This document shows, one piece after another, positions 52,196 to 62,825 of a stretch of 64,000 nt of DNA (position 1 is its first letter; each line of letters begins with the position of its first letter). The stretch is from Amphiscolops sp. MND2022 (Eukaryota), in NCBI GenBank assembly GCA_964187785.1, contig OZ076409.1:16184001-16248000 (forward strand). Reading direction: 5' to 3'. The translations under genes and the position numbers were made by a program. The notes under the pieces are model-generated. The model was not told the DNA's origin. It was given only the letters and a program-made list of their open reading frames with translations, and made no database searches.

Positions 52196-52314
52196 GGCTA
52201 CGACCATACCATGTTGAATGCACCGGTTCTCGTCCGATCACCGAAGTTAAACAACATAGGGCCTGGTTAGTACTTGGATGGGAGACCGCTTGGGAACACC
52301 AGGTGTTGTAGCCT
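52196..52314 (+). rRNA. 5S rRNA
   Basis: Canonical 5S, T6 terminator. Confidence 0.98.
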
Positions 52315-52873
52315 TTTTTGTCAGAAATGTGGTTTAACTTCGGATACAGTTTTGCAAAAGGTGTCAAATTGAAAAGATAGCAAAAAACGGACAACGCCAT
52401 TAGAAAGAACGTCCAAAAAAACCCCCATGCTGAAATTTTCGCCGCCATCACTTGAATTTTCATTGAGTTATGTCATTTTTACTATTTTCACAAAATGTGG
52501 TTTAACTTCGGTGACAGTTTTGCAAAAGGGGTCAAAATGAACAGATAGCAAAAAACGGACAACGGCACTGGAAAGAGGGCCCAAAATTACCCCTAAAACG
52601 TGTTTTTCACACTCCTGAGTCGACTTTTGATAATACATGGAATTTCATTTTTAAGCTTACTAATTTATGCTTTTCAGCATACATTTTCGTAATAGAGTCA
52701 AAATTTTGCTTTCTCACAATTTTTCTGGAATATTTTTGTTTCATCAGATGTCAATAACTTGAAACGTCGTCTTTTCATGAGAATTTCTCCTCAAAACAAG
52801 TTGTTGGCTGGTAATGGTAAGTCCGTACCGCAGATAGGACTCTCGCGCTCCAAAAATTGACTCTTTGCTTTTA

Positions 52874-53007
52874 GCCTAATTGTTGTGATAAACTTATTAA
52901 ATAGGTAAGTATTCCAACCCTATTGATAAGTTTTATTTGAAAGCAGACTGCGAAAGTGGTCTGCTGCCCAATTTTTGAACAAGGAACAAGCTAGTCTGCA
53001 CTAACTT
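52874..53007 (+). ncRNA. Putative SL RNA gene, intact consensus copy
   Basis: Leader GCCTAATTGTTGTGATAAACTTATTAAATAG|GTAAGT; stem ATAAACTTATTAAATAGG/CCTATTGATAAGTTTTAT; GAAA-loop hairpin AGCAGAC..GTCTGCT; Sm site AATTTTTGA; 3' hairpin; ends approximate. Confidence 0.8.
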
Positions 53008-53099
53008 AAAAGTTACGCGTATTTTGACCGAGAAAATTTTCGTATCATTGTACGTAATTTTGTTGTTAAGCATATAAAGCTATTGATTCTACAATGATC

Positions 53100-53218
53100 G
53101 GCTACGACCATACCATGTTGAATGCACCGGTTCTCGTCCGATCACCGAAGTTAAACAACATAGGGCCTGGTTAGTACTTGGATGGGAGACCGCTTGGGAA
53201 CACCAGGTGTTGTAGCCT
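53100..53218 (+). rRNA. 5S rRNA
   Basis: Canonical 5S, T6 terminator; TATAAA about 27 nt upstream. Confidence 0.98.
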
Positions 53219-53794
53219 TTTTTGTCAGAAATGTGGTTTAACTTCGGTGACAGTTTTGCAAAAGGGGTAAAATTGAAAAGATAGCAAAAAACGGACAACG
53301 CCATTAGAAAGAGCGTCCAAAAAAACCCCCATGCTGAAATTTTCGCCGCCATCACTTGAATTTTCATTGAGTTATGTCATTTTTACTATTTTCACAAAAT
53401 GTGGTTTAACTTCAATGACAGTTTTGCAAAAGGAGTCAAAATGACCAGATAGCAAAAAACGGACAACGGCATTGGAAAGAGGGCCCAAAATTACCCCTAA
53501 AACGTGTTTTTCACACTCCTGAGTCGACTTTTGATAATACATGGAATTTCATTTTTAAGCTTACTAATTTATGCTTTTCAGCATACATTTTCGTAATAGA
53601 GTCAAAATTTTGCTTTCTCGCAATTTTTCTGGAATAAGTTTGTTTCATCAGATGTCAATAACTTGAAACGTCGTCTTTTCATGAGAATTTCTCCTCAAAA
53701 CAAGTTGTTGGCTGGTAATGGTAAGTCCGTACCGCAGATAGGACTCTCGCGCTCCAAAAATTGACTCTTTGCTTTTAGCCTAATTGTTGTGATA

Positions 53795-55777
53795 CGGCGT
53801 TACTCTGTCAGCCTGCAAACTTTGTTTGCACAGCGCCATCTTGCAAATTTTGCAGCAAAAGTTGCAAAAGTAATGACTAATTTGAACACGAGTGAGCTTG
53901 ATCAACATCATAATGAAAATGTTGAGCAAAATTGTTACAAAAATGCAGTTATTTCCTTGTCGAAATCGAACTCAAATATGGACAAATTACCAATTATTAT
54001 CAACTTTGCCTTACCACTGACATCTGAAATGTTCAAAAACAGCAAATTACTGGATTCAATGTTTGTGGAAGCTGTTATGGCCGTCAAAAACCGACTTAAC
54101 TCCAATGAAATTACCATCTTCAAAACTACAATTTTACGCAACAAAGGCAATTTGAAGTGTATTACTGTGATCATTCCTTAAAAACTTGAAAATGCAGCTT
54201 CCTCTCTTATTCACGAGGGCATTACTCTTCGCAATCGGAAAATACGGCCTTATTCTGTCAATTATTCCAACCCGAACAACAATGTCTATCCAAAAAGATT
54301 ACCAATATCTTTCCGAAACCTACCACACTTTCTGACGGATGAGGATATTTTGAGTAGCTGTGGTCTTCAAAACTTCAAATTTAGTAGCAAAATTTTTCAT
54401 CAACAACGACGACTTCCTGATAGCAGCCTTTTTTATACAGGAGAGGCAAGAATTACAGTTTTAATTGACAATGAGAATGAGGAAAGTTTACTACAAAACT
54501 GGGCCAATAATGCATATGACAAAATGTTTAGTTCCAGTGGCATTTTTTTCAAATGTTGCTGTATCCCACTCCTCGAATGCTCTTTATGCGTCAATGAGAA
54601 CCTTCCCAGTGCTCATCAACAATCAAGATGCCCAAAACAACTATCAGACGAACAGCAAATACAGAAAAACAGTGAATCTCAGAACCAGAAGTTAACAACT
54701 GACTACGTTATGGAAACTGCAGAAACAGAGCCAATGTCTAATGAACCTGAACTGTCAGATTCAGATGATGCTGAACCAATCTCAAAGGCACCAAAGCAGA
54801 CCGATGATGGTACTGAAACCGAATGCAACAACAACGTGGCAGAAACTGAACAACCATGCATTAACAACTCAAAGAAAGATACCATTCCTATGCAAAAACC
54901 TAAACTAATGCATCGCTCAACTGAATGGAAATCCTCAACAGACCTTGCCCGAAATCAAGCAGATGACCAACAGTCAACGGCAAAGCATGGATATCATGAA
55001 TACCCATTCTTTTTGGAAAAGAAACAAAACAAAATACTGGCACCCGAAACTATTTTCAACGAAATACCTCCTATAAAAGAACATGTGATCAAAACCCAAC
55101 AAACTTCTGGCTACATCAATACACTAGACAAGGAAAAGAAAATTCAAAGGACCTTTTCACTCGTACAACCACTGAAGAAAGAAAAACTCGAAGATCTTTT
55201 ATCTGAATCAAACTGGAAACATTCTGACTCTAACACTATTTTAACTTCTCATTTGGAATTTTACTCATTGATCCGGAAGTTTGATCCATTCTATGATGCT
55301 ACAAACCACCAAATTTACACTATTAATCTGGAGAATAAAATTGTACAAGTTTTCACTGCAGTTGAAAACTTATACAATGAAAACAAAAACTAAACTGAAA
55401 AATTTCGGACCTTTTCGACTGGAACTTTAAAGTTCTAAATCTCTACAATACCATCATCAATCAACCCAATTCCCAATTCTTTTCGAGCACTAGTTGTTCG
55501 CAACCTGTATGCAAAAAACGGGTTTTGAAAACAAACTCCTTCCAGGAGCAAACATCTTTTTTCATACATTCTCCAAACTACATTATACTAACTTCATACC
55601 TAAAAAAAAAACATTCCCATTTTGGCGCTTTCTCAAAAATGCCATAACCAAGCATCTTCATCTACATACTTCAGCTTTTTCAACACTTCAGTTACTCATA
55701 TACTCATTTTATACCTATACCTTAGACTTCATTACTTTTTACTTGTAAATTCTCAGTTTTCAATAAATTCTTTAAAA
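53795..55777 (+). mobile_element. Non-autonomous ORF1-only retroelement, family A copy 1
   Basis: Perfect 17-bp TSD 53778-53794 and 55778-55794; no RT or endonuclease; AATAAA..TTTAAAA end. Confidence 0.9.
53873..55393 (+). pseudogene. Family A ORF1-like gene with one premature stop
   Basis: TAA at 54179-54181 where copy 2 has TAC; otherwise colinear with 60578-62098. Confidence 0.88.
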
Positions 55778-55914
55778 GCCTAATTGTTGTGATAAACTTA
55801 TTAAATAGGTAAGTATTCCAACCCTATTGATAAGTTTTATTATTTGAAAGCAGACTGCGAAAGTGGTCTGCTGCCCAATTTTTGAACAAGGAACAAGCTA
55901 GTCTGCACTAACTT
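55778..55914 (+). ncRNA. Putative SL RNA sequence downstream of insertion
   Basis: Consensus with 3-nt insertion (TTATTATTTG). Confidence 0.65.
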
Positions 55915-56006
55915 AAAAGTTACGCGTATTTTGACCGAGAAAATTTTCGTATCATTGTACGTAATTTTGTTGTTAAGCATATAAAGCTATTGATTCTACA
56001 ATGATC

Positions 56007-56125
56007 GGCTACGACCATACCATGTTGAATGCACCGGTTCTCGTCCGATCACCGAAGTTAAACAACATAGGGCCTGGTTAGTACTTGGATGGGAGACCGC
56101 TTGGGAACACCAGGTGTTGTAGCCT
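56007..56125 (+). rRNA. 5S rRNA
   Basis: Canonical 5S. Confidence 0.98.
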
Positions 56126-56701
56126 TTTTTGTCAGAAATGTGGTTTAACTTCGGTGACAGTTTTGCAAAAGGGGTCAAATTGAAAAGATAGCAAAAAACG
56201 GACAACGCCATTAGAAAGAGCGTCCAAAAAAACCCCCATGCTGAAATTTTCGCCGCCCTCACTTGAATTTTCATTGAGTTATGTCATTTTTACTATTTTC
56301 ACAAAATGTGGTTTAACTTCGGTGACAGTTTTGCAAAAGGGGTCAAAATGAACAGATAGCAAAAAACGGACAACGGCATTGGAAAGAGGGCCCAAAATTA
56401 CCCCTAAAACGTGTTTTTCACACTCCTGAGTCGACTTTTGATAATACATGGAATTTCATTTTTAAGCTTACTAATTTATGCTTTTCAGCATACATTTTCG
56501 TAATAGAGTCAAAATTTTGCTTTCTCGCAATTTTTCTGGAATATTTTTGTTTCATCAGATGTCAATAACTTGAAACGTCGTCTTTTCATGAGAATTTCTC
56601 CTCAAAACAAGTTGTTGGCTGGTAATGGTAAGTCCGTACCGCAGATAGGACTCTCGCGCTCCAAAAATTGACTCTTTGCTTTTAGCCTAATTGTTGTGAT
56701 A

Positions 56702-58132
56702 CTGCGGTAGCAGCAATTATTTGACCAAATTCATTCTCTCTCGCATCTGCTGAGGCAGGGACGATTATCTCACTTGAAAGAATGCCTAATTTCCTTACAT
56801 TGGACTTTATAATACCTTACTCCAAAGAAGAAATTACTAATCCTTCTCTAAAGCTTGTTACTTACAAAAGCTTTCTTTGCTCGTTACTTAAATGTTTACC
56901 TAGTGACGCTGTTAAACGCGTGACCTGCATGAAATCGCACGTGTACAAACATGCGCCGCACGAAAAGAAACTTGAGAGCGTCAAAGTTATCGGTCCAATT
57001 TCATTACAAAACGAGTTTAATTCCATTATTTCTGATGGAATTTTGTTCAAAACTCGCAAGATTTATGCTCTACAAAACCATGATGTTACGTCCAATGCTT
57101 ACCCCAAGCAATTTACGATCAAATTTCGTAATTTACCACACTTCTTTTCTGATACCGATGTTATTTCGGCTTGCAATTTGAAAGATTTCAAACTTTCAAA
57201 GTTACGACACCAATTAGAGAAACTTTCTGAGGAAATTGAAACCTACACAGGCATTTGTTATGCGGATGTGGAAATCCAGGACGAAGCCCAATTACAACAG
57301 CTCATTTCATGGAATGAAACCAGCTTTTTGAACAAATACTATCTAGAAGAAATTCCATTTAAATGCCAAATTCAAATATTACTACAATGCGATTTCTGCA
57401 AACAAAAGAAGCTCCAGTTTTTGGGGCACCATGTACGCCAATGCAAAGCCAAAAAGACACAATTAGAACCAGAATCTGAGGAAGATAGCATCTCAACTAC
57501 GAAAACAAATGAAGAAAAAGAACTAGAAGCCACAGATGCAAACAAGAATAACCCAGAACATACTTTCTATATTGATTTAGAAAAATGCCAAATTCGAAAC
57601 ATACATGACATGGACGAACTCCATAAAGGATTTAGCAAGCTTCTTGCTTTACAGGAATGCAAGCCTGTGAATGTCTTGAATGACAACAATATAGTGATAA
57701 ACCAACTACGACATGTGAAGAATATTACTGAAGAAAAACAGCGGAAGCTTTTCAAACAACAAAACATATGGGGAAGTCCTTCATCAGACGTCCCAATCAA
57801 GAACTTCTCAGAGTTTTGTGAACTCCGGGGAAAGCTAGATGTGTTCTACGACTCAACAAAAGGCGAAGAAACCCTTTACCTGATGAACCTATCCAAGAAA
57901 GTGACCCACATTTTCAAAAAGAAACAACAACCAAACTAACAAAACTACATTATACTAATTTTCAAACTTTGATTTCCATGTTAAATCAAAACTCTCATAT
58001 TATACAATCATCACCAAGTCTTTCATTTACTTAATACTATAAGTATGCTAAGTTATTCATACTCAACACTTTAGTATTAATGTAAAGACTATTTGATTTA
58101 TAAAGGCAAATTTCCAAATACATTCTTTAAAA
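56702..58132 (+). mobile_element. Non-autonomous ORF1-only retroelement, family B copy 1
   Basis: TSD 56685-56701 and 58133-58149; single ORF; TTCTTTAAAA end. Confidence 0.9.
56782..57939 (+). CDS. Family B ORF1-like protein, 385 aa
   Basis: YPKQFTIKFRNLPHF, YTGICYADV, CDFC-x9-H-x4-C, plus C-terminal domain shared with family A. Confidence 0.88.
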   Translation: MPNFLTLDFIIPYSKEEITNPSLKLVTYKSFLCSLLKCLPSDAVKRVTCMKSHVYKHAPHEKKLESVKVIGPISLQNEFNSIISDGILFKTRKIYALQNHDVTSNAYPKQFTIKFRNLPHFFSDTDVISACNLKDFKLSKLRHQLEKLSEEIETYTGICYADVEIQDEAQLQQLISWNETSFLNKYYLEEIPFKCQIQILLQCDFCKQKKLQFLGHHVRQCKAKKTQLEPESEEDSISTTKTNEEKELEATDANKNNPEHTFYIDLEKCQIRNIHDMDELHKGFSKLLALQECKPVNVLNDNNIVINQLRHVKNITEEKQRKLFKQQNIWGSPSSDVPIKNFSEFCELRGKLDVFYDSTKGEETLYLMNLSKKVTHIFKKKQQPN

Positions 58133-58149
58133 GCCTAATTGTTGTGATA

Positions 58150-59579
58150 CTGCGGTAGCAGCAATTATTTGACCAAATTATTCTCTCTCGCATCTGCTGA
58201 GGCAGGGACGATTATCTCACTTGAAAGAATGCCTAATTTCCTTACATTGGACTTTATAATACCTTACTCCAAAGAAGAAATTACTAATCCTTCTCTAAAG
58301 CTTGTTACTTACAAAAGCTTTCTTTGCTCGTTACTTAATTGTTTACCTAGTGACGCTGTTAAACGCGTGACCTGCATGAAATCGCACGTGTACAAACATG
58401 CGCCGTACGAAAAGAAACTTGAGAGCGTCAAAGTTATCGGTCCAATTTCATTACAAAACCAGTTTAATTCCATTATTTCTGATGGAATTTTGTTCAAAAA
58501 TCGCAAGATTTATGCTCTACAAAACCATGATGTTACGTCCAATGCTTACCCCAAGCAATTTACGATCAAATTTCGTAATTTACCACACTTCTTTCCTGAT
58601 ACCGATGTTATTTCGGCTTGCAATTTGAAAGATTTCAAACTTTCAAAGTTACGACACCAATTAGAGAAACTTTCTGAGGAAATTGAAACCTACACAGGCA
58701 TTTGTTATGCGGATGTGGAAATCCAGGACGAAGCCCAATTACAACAGCTCATTTCATGGAATGAAACCAGCTTTTTGAACAAATACTATCTAGAAGAAAT
58801 TCCATTTAAATGCCAAATTCAAACATTACTACAATGCGATTTCTGCAGACAAAAGAAGCTCCAGTTTTTGGGGCACCATGTACGCCAATGCAAAGCCAAA
58901 AAGACACAATTAGAACCAGAATCTGAGGAAGATAGCATCTCAACCACGAAAACAAATGAAGAAAAAGAACTAGAAGCCACAGATGCAAACAAGAATAACA
59001 CAGAACATACTTTCTATATTGATTTAGAAAAATGCCAAATTCGAAACATACATGACATGGACGAACTCCATAAAGGATTTAGCAAGCTTCTTGCTTTACA
59101 GGAATGCAAGCCTGTGAATGTCTTGAATGACAACAATGTAGTGATAAACCAACTACGACATGTGAAGAATATTACTGAAGAAAAACAGCGGAAGCTTTTC
59201 AAACAACAAAACAGATGGGGAAGTCCTTCATCAGACGTCCCAATCAAGAACTTCTCAGAGTTTTGTGAACTCCGGGGAAAGCTAGATGTGTTCTACGACT
59301 CAACAAAAGGCGAAGAAACCCTTTACCTGATGAACCTATCCAAGAAAGTGACCCACATTTTCAAAAAGAAACAACAACCAAACTAACAAAACTACATTAT
59401 ACTAATTTTCAAACTTTGATTTCCATGTTAAATCAAAACTCTCATATTATACAATCATCACCAAGTCTTTCATTTACTCAATACTATAAGTATGCTAAGT
59501 TATTCATACTCAACACTTTAGTATTAATGTAAAGACTATTTGATTTATAAAGGCAAATTTCCAAATACATTCTTTAAAA
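58150..59579 (+). mobile_element. Non-autonomous ORF1-only retroelement, family B copy 2 (tandem)
   Basis: TSD 58133-58149 and 59580-59596; near-identical to copy 1. Confidence 0.9.
58229..59386 (+). CDS. Family B ORF1-like protein, 385 aa
   Basis: First ATG at 58229 (track starts at an upstream TTG); 10 aa differences from copy 1. Confidence 0.88.
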   Translation: MPNFLTLDFIIPYSKEEITNPSLKLVTYKSFLCSLLNCLPSDAVKRVTCMKSHVYKHAPYEKKLESVKVIGPISLQNQFNSIISDGILFKNRKIYALQNHDVTSNAYPKQFTIKFRNLPHFFPDTDVISACNLKDFKLSKLRHQLEKLSEEIETYTGICYADVEIQDEAQLQQLISWNETSFLNKYYLEEIPFKCQIQTLLQCDFCRQKKLQFLGHHVRQCKAKKTQLEPESEEDSISTTKTNEEKELEATDANKNNTEHTFYIDLEKCQIRNIHDMDELHKGFSKLLALQECKPVNVLNDNNVVINQLRHVKNITEEKQRKLFKQQNRWGSPSSDVPIKNFSEFCELRGKLDVFYDSTKGEETLYLMNLSKKVTHIFKKKQQPN

Positions 59580-59713
59580 GCCTAATTGTTGTGATAAACT
59601 TATTAAATTGGTAAGTATTCCAACCCTATTGATAAGTTTTATTTGAAAGCAGACTGCGAAAGTGGTCTGCTGCCCAATTTTTGAACAAGGAACAAGCTAG
59701 TCTGCACTAACTT
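59580..59713 (+). ncRNA. Putative SL RNA sequence downstream of insertion
   Basis: Leader ends AAATTG|GTAAGT (variant); hairpins and Sm site intact. Confidence 0.65.
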
Positions 59714-59805
59714 AAAAGTTACGCGTATTTTGACCGAGAAAATTTTCGTATCATTGTACGTAATTTTGTTGTTAAGCATATAAAGCTATTGATTCTACAA
59801 TGATC

Positions 59806-59924
59806 GGCTACGACCATACCATGTTGAATGCACCGGTTCTCGTCCGATCACCGAAGTTAAACAACATAGGGCCTGGTTAGTACTTGGATGGGAGACCGCT
59901 TGGGAACACCAGGTGTTGTAGCCT
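59806..59924 (+). rRNA. 5S rRNA
   Basis: Canonical 5S. Confidence 0.98.
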
Positions 59925-60499
59925 TTTTTGTCAGAAATGTGGTTTAACTTCGGTGACAGTTTTGCAAAAGGGGTCAAATTGAAAAGATAGCAAAAAACGG
60001 ACAACGCCATTAGAAAGAGCGTCCAAAAAAACCCCCATGCTGAAATTTTCGCCGCCATCACTTGAATTTTCATTGAGTTATGTCATTTTTACTATTTTCA
60101 CAAAATGTGGTTTAACTTCGGTGACAGTTTTGCAAAAGGGGTCAAAATGAACAGATAGCAAAAAACGGACAACGGCATTGGAAAGAGGGCCCAAAATTAC
60201 CCCTAAAACGTGTTTTTCACACTCCTGAGTCGACTTTTGATAATACATGGAATTTCATTTTAAGCTTACTAATTTATGCTTTTCAGCATACATTTTCGTA
60301 ATAGAGTCAAAATTTTGCTTTCTCGCAATTTTTCTGGAATATTTTTGTTTCATCAGATGTCAATAACTTGAAACGTCGTCTTTTCATGAGAATTTCTCCT
60401 CAAAACAAGTTGTTGGCTGGTAATGGTAAGTCCGTACCGCAGATAGGACTCTCGCGCTCCAAAAATTGACTCTTTGCTTTTAGCCTAATTGTTGTGATA

Positions 60500-62480
60500 C
60501 GGCGTTACTCTGTCAGCCTGCAAACTTTGTTTGCACAGCGCCATCTTGCAAATTTTGCAGCAAAAGTTGCAAAAGTAATGACTAATTTGAACACGAGTGA
60601 GCTTGATCAACATCATAATGAAAATGTTGAGCAAAATTGTTACAAAAATGCAGTTATTTCCTTGTCGAAATCGAACTCAAATATGGACAAATTACCAATT
60701 ATTATCAACTTTGCCTTACCACTGACATCTGAAATGTTCAAAAACAGCAAATTACTGGATTCAATGTTTGTGGAAGCTGTTATGGCTGTCAAAAACCGAC
60801 TTAACTCCAATGAAATTACCATCTTCAAAACTACAATTTTACGCAACAAAGGCAATTTGAAGTGTATTACTGTGATCATTCCTTACAAACTTGAAAATGC
60901 AGCTTCCTCTCTTATTCACGAGGGCATTACTCTTCGCAATCGGAAAATACGGCCTTATTCTGTCAATTATTCCAACCCGAACAACAATGTCTATCCAAAA
61001 AGATTACCAATATCTTTCCGAAACCTACCACACTTTCTGACGGATGAGGAAATTTTGAGTAGCTGTGGTCTTCAAAACTTCAAATTTAGTAGCAAAATTT
61101 TTCATCAACAACGACGACTTCCTGATAGCAGCCTTTTTTATACAGGAGAGGCAAGAATTACAGTTTTAATTGACAATGAGAATGAGGAAAGTTTACTACA
61201 AAACTGGGCCAATAATGCATATGACAAAATGTTTAGTTCCAGTGGCATTTTTTTCAAATGTTGCTGTATCCCACTCCTCGAATGCTCTTTATGCGTCAAT
61301 GAGAACCTTCCCAGTGCTCATCAACAATCAAGATGCCCAAAACAACTATCAGACGAACAGCAAATACAGAAAAACAGTGAATCTCAGAACCAGAAGTTAA
61401 CAACTGACTACGTTATGGAAACTGCAGAAACAGAGCCAATGTCTAATGAACCTGAACTGTCAGATTCAGATGATGCTGAACCAATCTCAAAGGCGCCAAA
61501 GCAGACCGATGATGGTACTGAAACCGAATGCAATAACAACGTGGCAGAAACTGAACAACCATGCATTAACAACTCAAAGAAAGATACCATTCCTATGCAA
61601 AAACCTAAACTAATGCATCGCTCAACTGAATGGGAATCCTCAACAGACCTTGCCCGAAATCAAGCAGATGACCAACAGTCAACGGCAAAGCATGGATATC
61701 ATGAATACCCATTCTTTTTGGAAAAGAAACAAAACAAAATACTGGCACCCGAAACTATTTTCAACGAAATACCTCCTATAAAAGAACATGTGATCAAAAC
61801 CCAACAAACTTCTGGCTACATCAATACACTAGACAAGGAAAAGAAAATTGAAAGGACCTTTTCACTCGTACAACCACTGAAGAAAGAAAAACTCGAAGAT
61901 CTTTTATCTGAATCAAACTGGAAACATTCTGACTCTAACACTATTTTAACTTCTCATTTTGAATTTTACTCATTGATCCGGAAGTTTGACCCATTCTATG
62001 ATGCTAAAAACCACCAAATTTACACTATTAATCTGGAGAATAAAACTGTACAAGTTTTCACTGCAGTTGAAAACTTATACAATGAAAACGAAAACTAAAC
62101 TGAAAAAATTCGGACCTTTTTGACTGGAACTTTAAAGTTCTAAATCTCTACAATACCATCATCAATCAACCCAATTCCCAATTCTTTTCGAGCACTAGTT
62201 GTTCGCAACCTGTATGCAAAAAACGGGTTTTGAGAACAAACTCCTTCCAGGAGCAAACATCTTTTTTCATACATTCTCCAAACTACATTATACTAACTTC
62301 ATACCAAAAAAAAACATTCCCATTTTGGCGCTTTCTCAAAAATGCCATAACCAAGCATCTTCATCTACATACTTAAGTTTTTTCAACACTTCAGTTACTC
62401 ATATACTCATTTTATACATATACCTTAGACTTCATTACTTTTTACTTGTAAATTCTCAGTTTTCAATAAATTCTTTAAAA
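60500..62480 (+). mobile_element. Non-autonomous ORF1-only retroelement, family A copy 2
   Basis: Perfect TSD 60483-60499 and 62481-62497. Confidence 0.9.
60578..62098 (+). CDS. Family A ORF1-like protein, 506 aa from first ATG
   Basis: YPKRLPISFRNLPHF, YTGEARITV, CSLC-x8-H-x4-C, acidic linker, C-terminal domain; track start GTG lies inside the TSD. Confidence 0.88.
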   Translation: MTNLNTSELDQHHNENVEQNCYKNAVISLSKSNSNMDKLPIIINFALPLTSEMFKNSKLLDSMFVEAVMAVKNRLNSNEITIFKTTILRNKGNLKCITVIIPYKLENAASSLIHEGITLRNRKIRPYSVNYSNPNNNVYPKRLPISFRNLPHFLTDEEILSSCGLQNFKFSSKIFHQQRRLPDSSLFYTGEARITVLIDNENEESLLQNWANNAYDKMFSSSGIFFKCCCIPLLECSLCVNENLPSAHQQSRCPKQLSDEQQIQKNSESQNQKLTTDYVMETAETEPMSNEPELSDSDDAEPISKAPKQTDDGTETECNNNVAETEQPCINNSKKDTIPMQKPKLMHRSTEWESSTDLARNQADDQQSTAKHGYHEYPFFLEKKQNKILAPETIFNEIPPIKEHVIKTQQTSGYINTLDKEKKIERTFSLVQPLKKEKLEDLLSESNWKHSDSNTILTSHFEFYSLIRKFDPFYDAKNHQIYTINLENKTVQVFTAVENLYNENEN

Positions 62481-62614
62481 GCCTAATTGTTGTGATAAAC
62501 TTATTAAATAGGTAAGTATTCCAACCCTATTGATAAGTTTTATTTGAAAGCAGACTGCGAAAGTGGTCTGCTGCCCAATTTTTGAACAAGGAACAAGCTA
62601 GTCTGCACTAACTT
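62481..62614 (+). ncRNA. Putative SL RNA sequence downstream of insertion
   Basis: Consensus leader, donor, hairpins, Sm site. Confidence 0.65.
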
Positions 62615-62706
62615 AAAAGTTACGCGTATTTTGACCGAGAAAATTTTCGTATCATTGTACGTAATTTTGTTGTTAAGCATATAAAGCTATTGATTCTACA
62701 ATGATC

Positions 62707-62825
62707 GGCTACGACCATACCATGTTGAATGCACCGGTTCTCGTCCGATCACCGAAGTTAAACAACATAGGGCCTGGTTAGTACTTGGATGGGAGACCGC
62801 TTGGGAACACCAGGTGTTGTAGCCT
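62707..62825 (+). rRNA. 5S rRNA
   Basis: Canonical 5S. Confidence 0.98.

Noticed and set aside
52817..52874. Possible 58-nt cis intron (GTAAGT...TTGAC...TTTTAG) just upstream of the leader, making it a 30-nt internal exon
   Set aside because: No coding context, and the downstream hairpins plus Sm site fit an SL RNA better; not fully excluded without transcript data
53795..62480. A and B as ordinary host genes or processed pseudogenes
   Set aside because: Same insertion point, TSDs, ORF1-like motifs and terminal motifs shared with the LINE point to mobile elements
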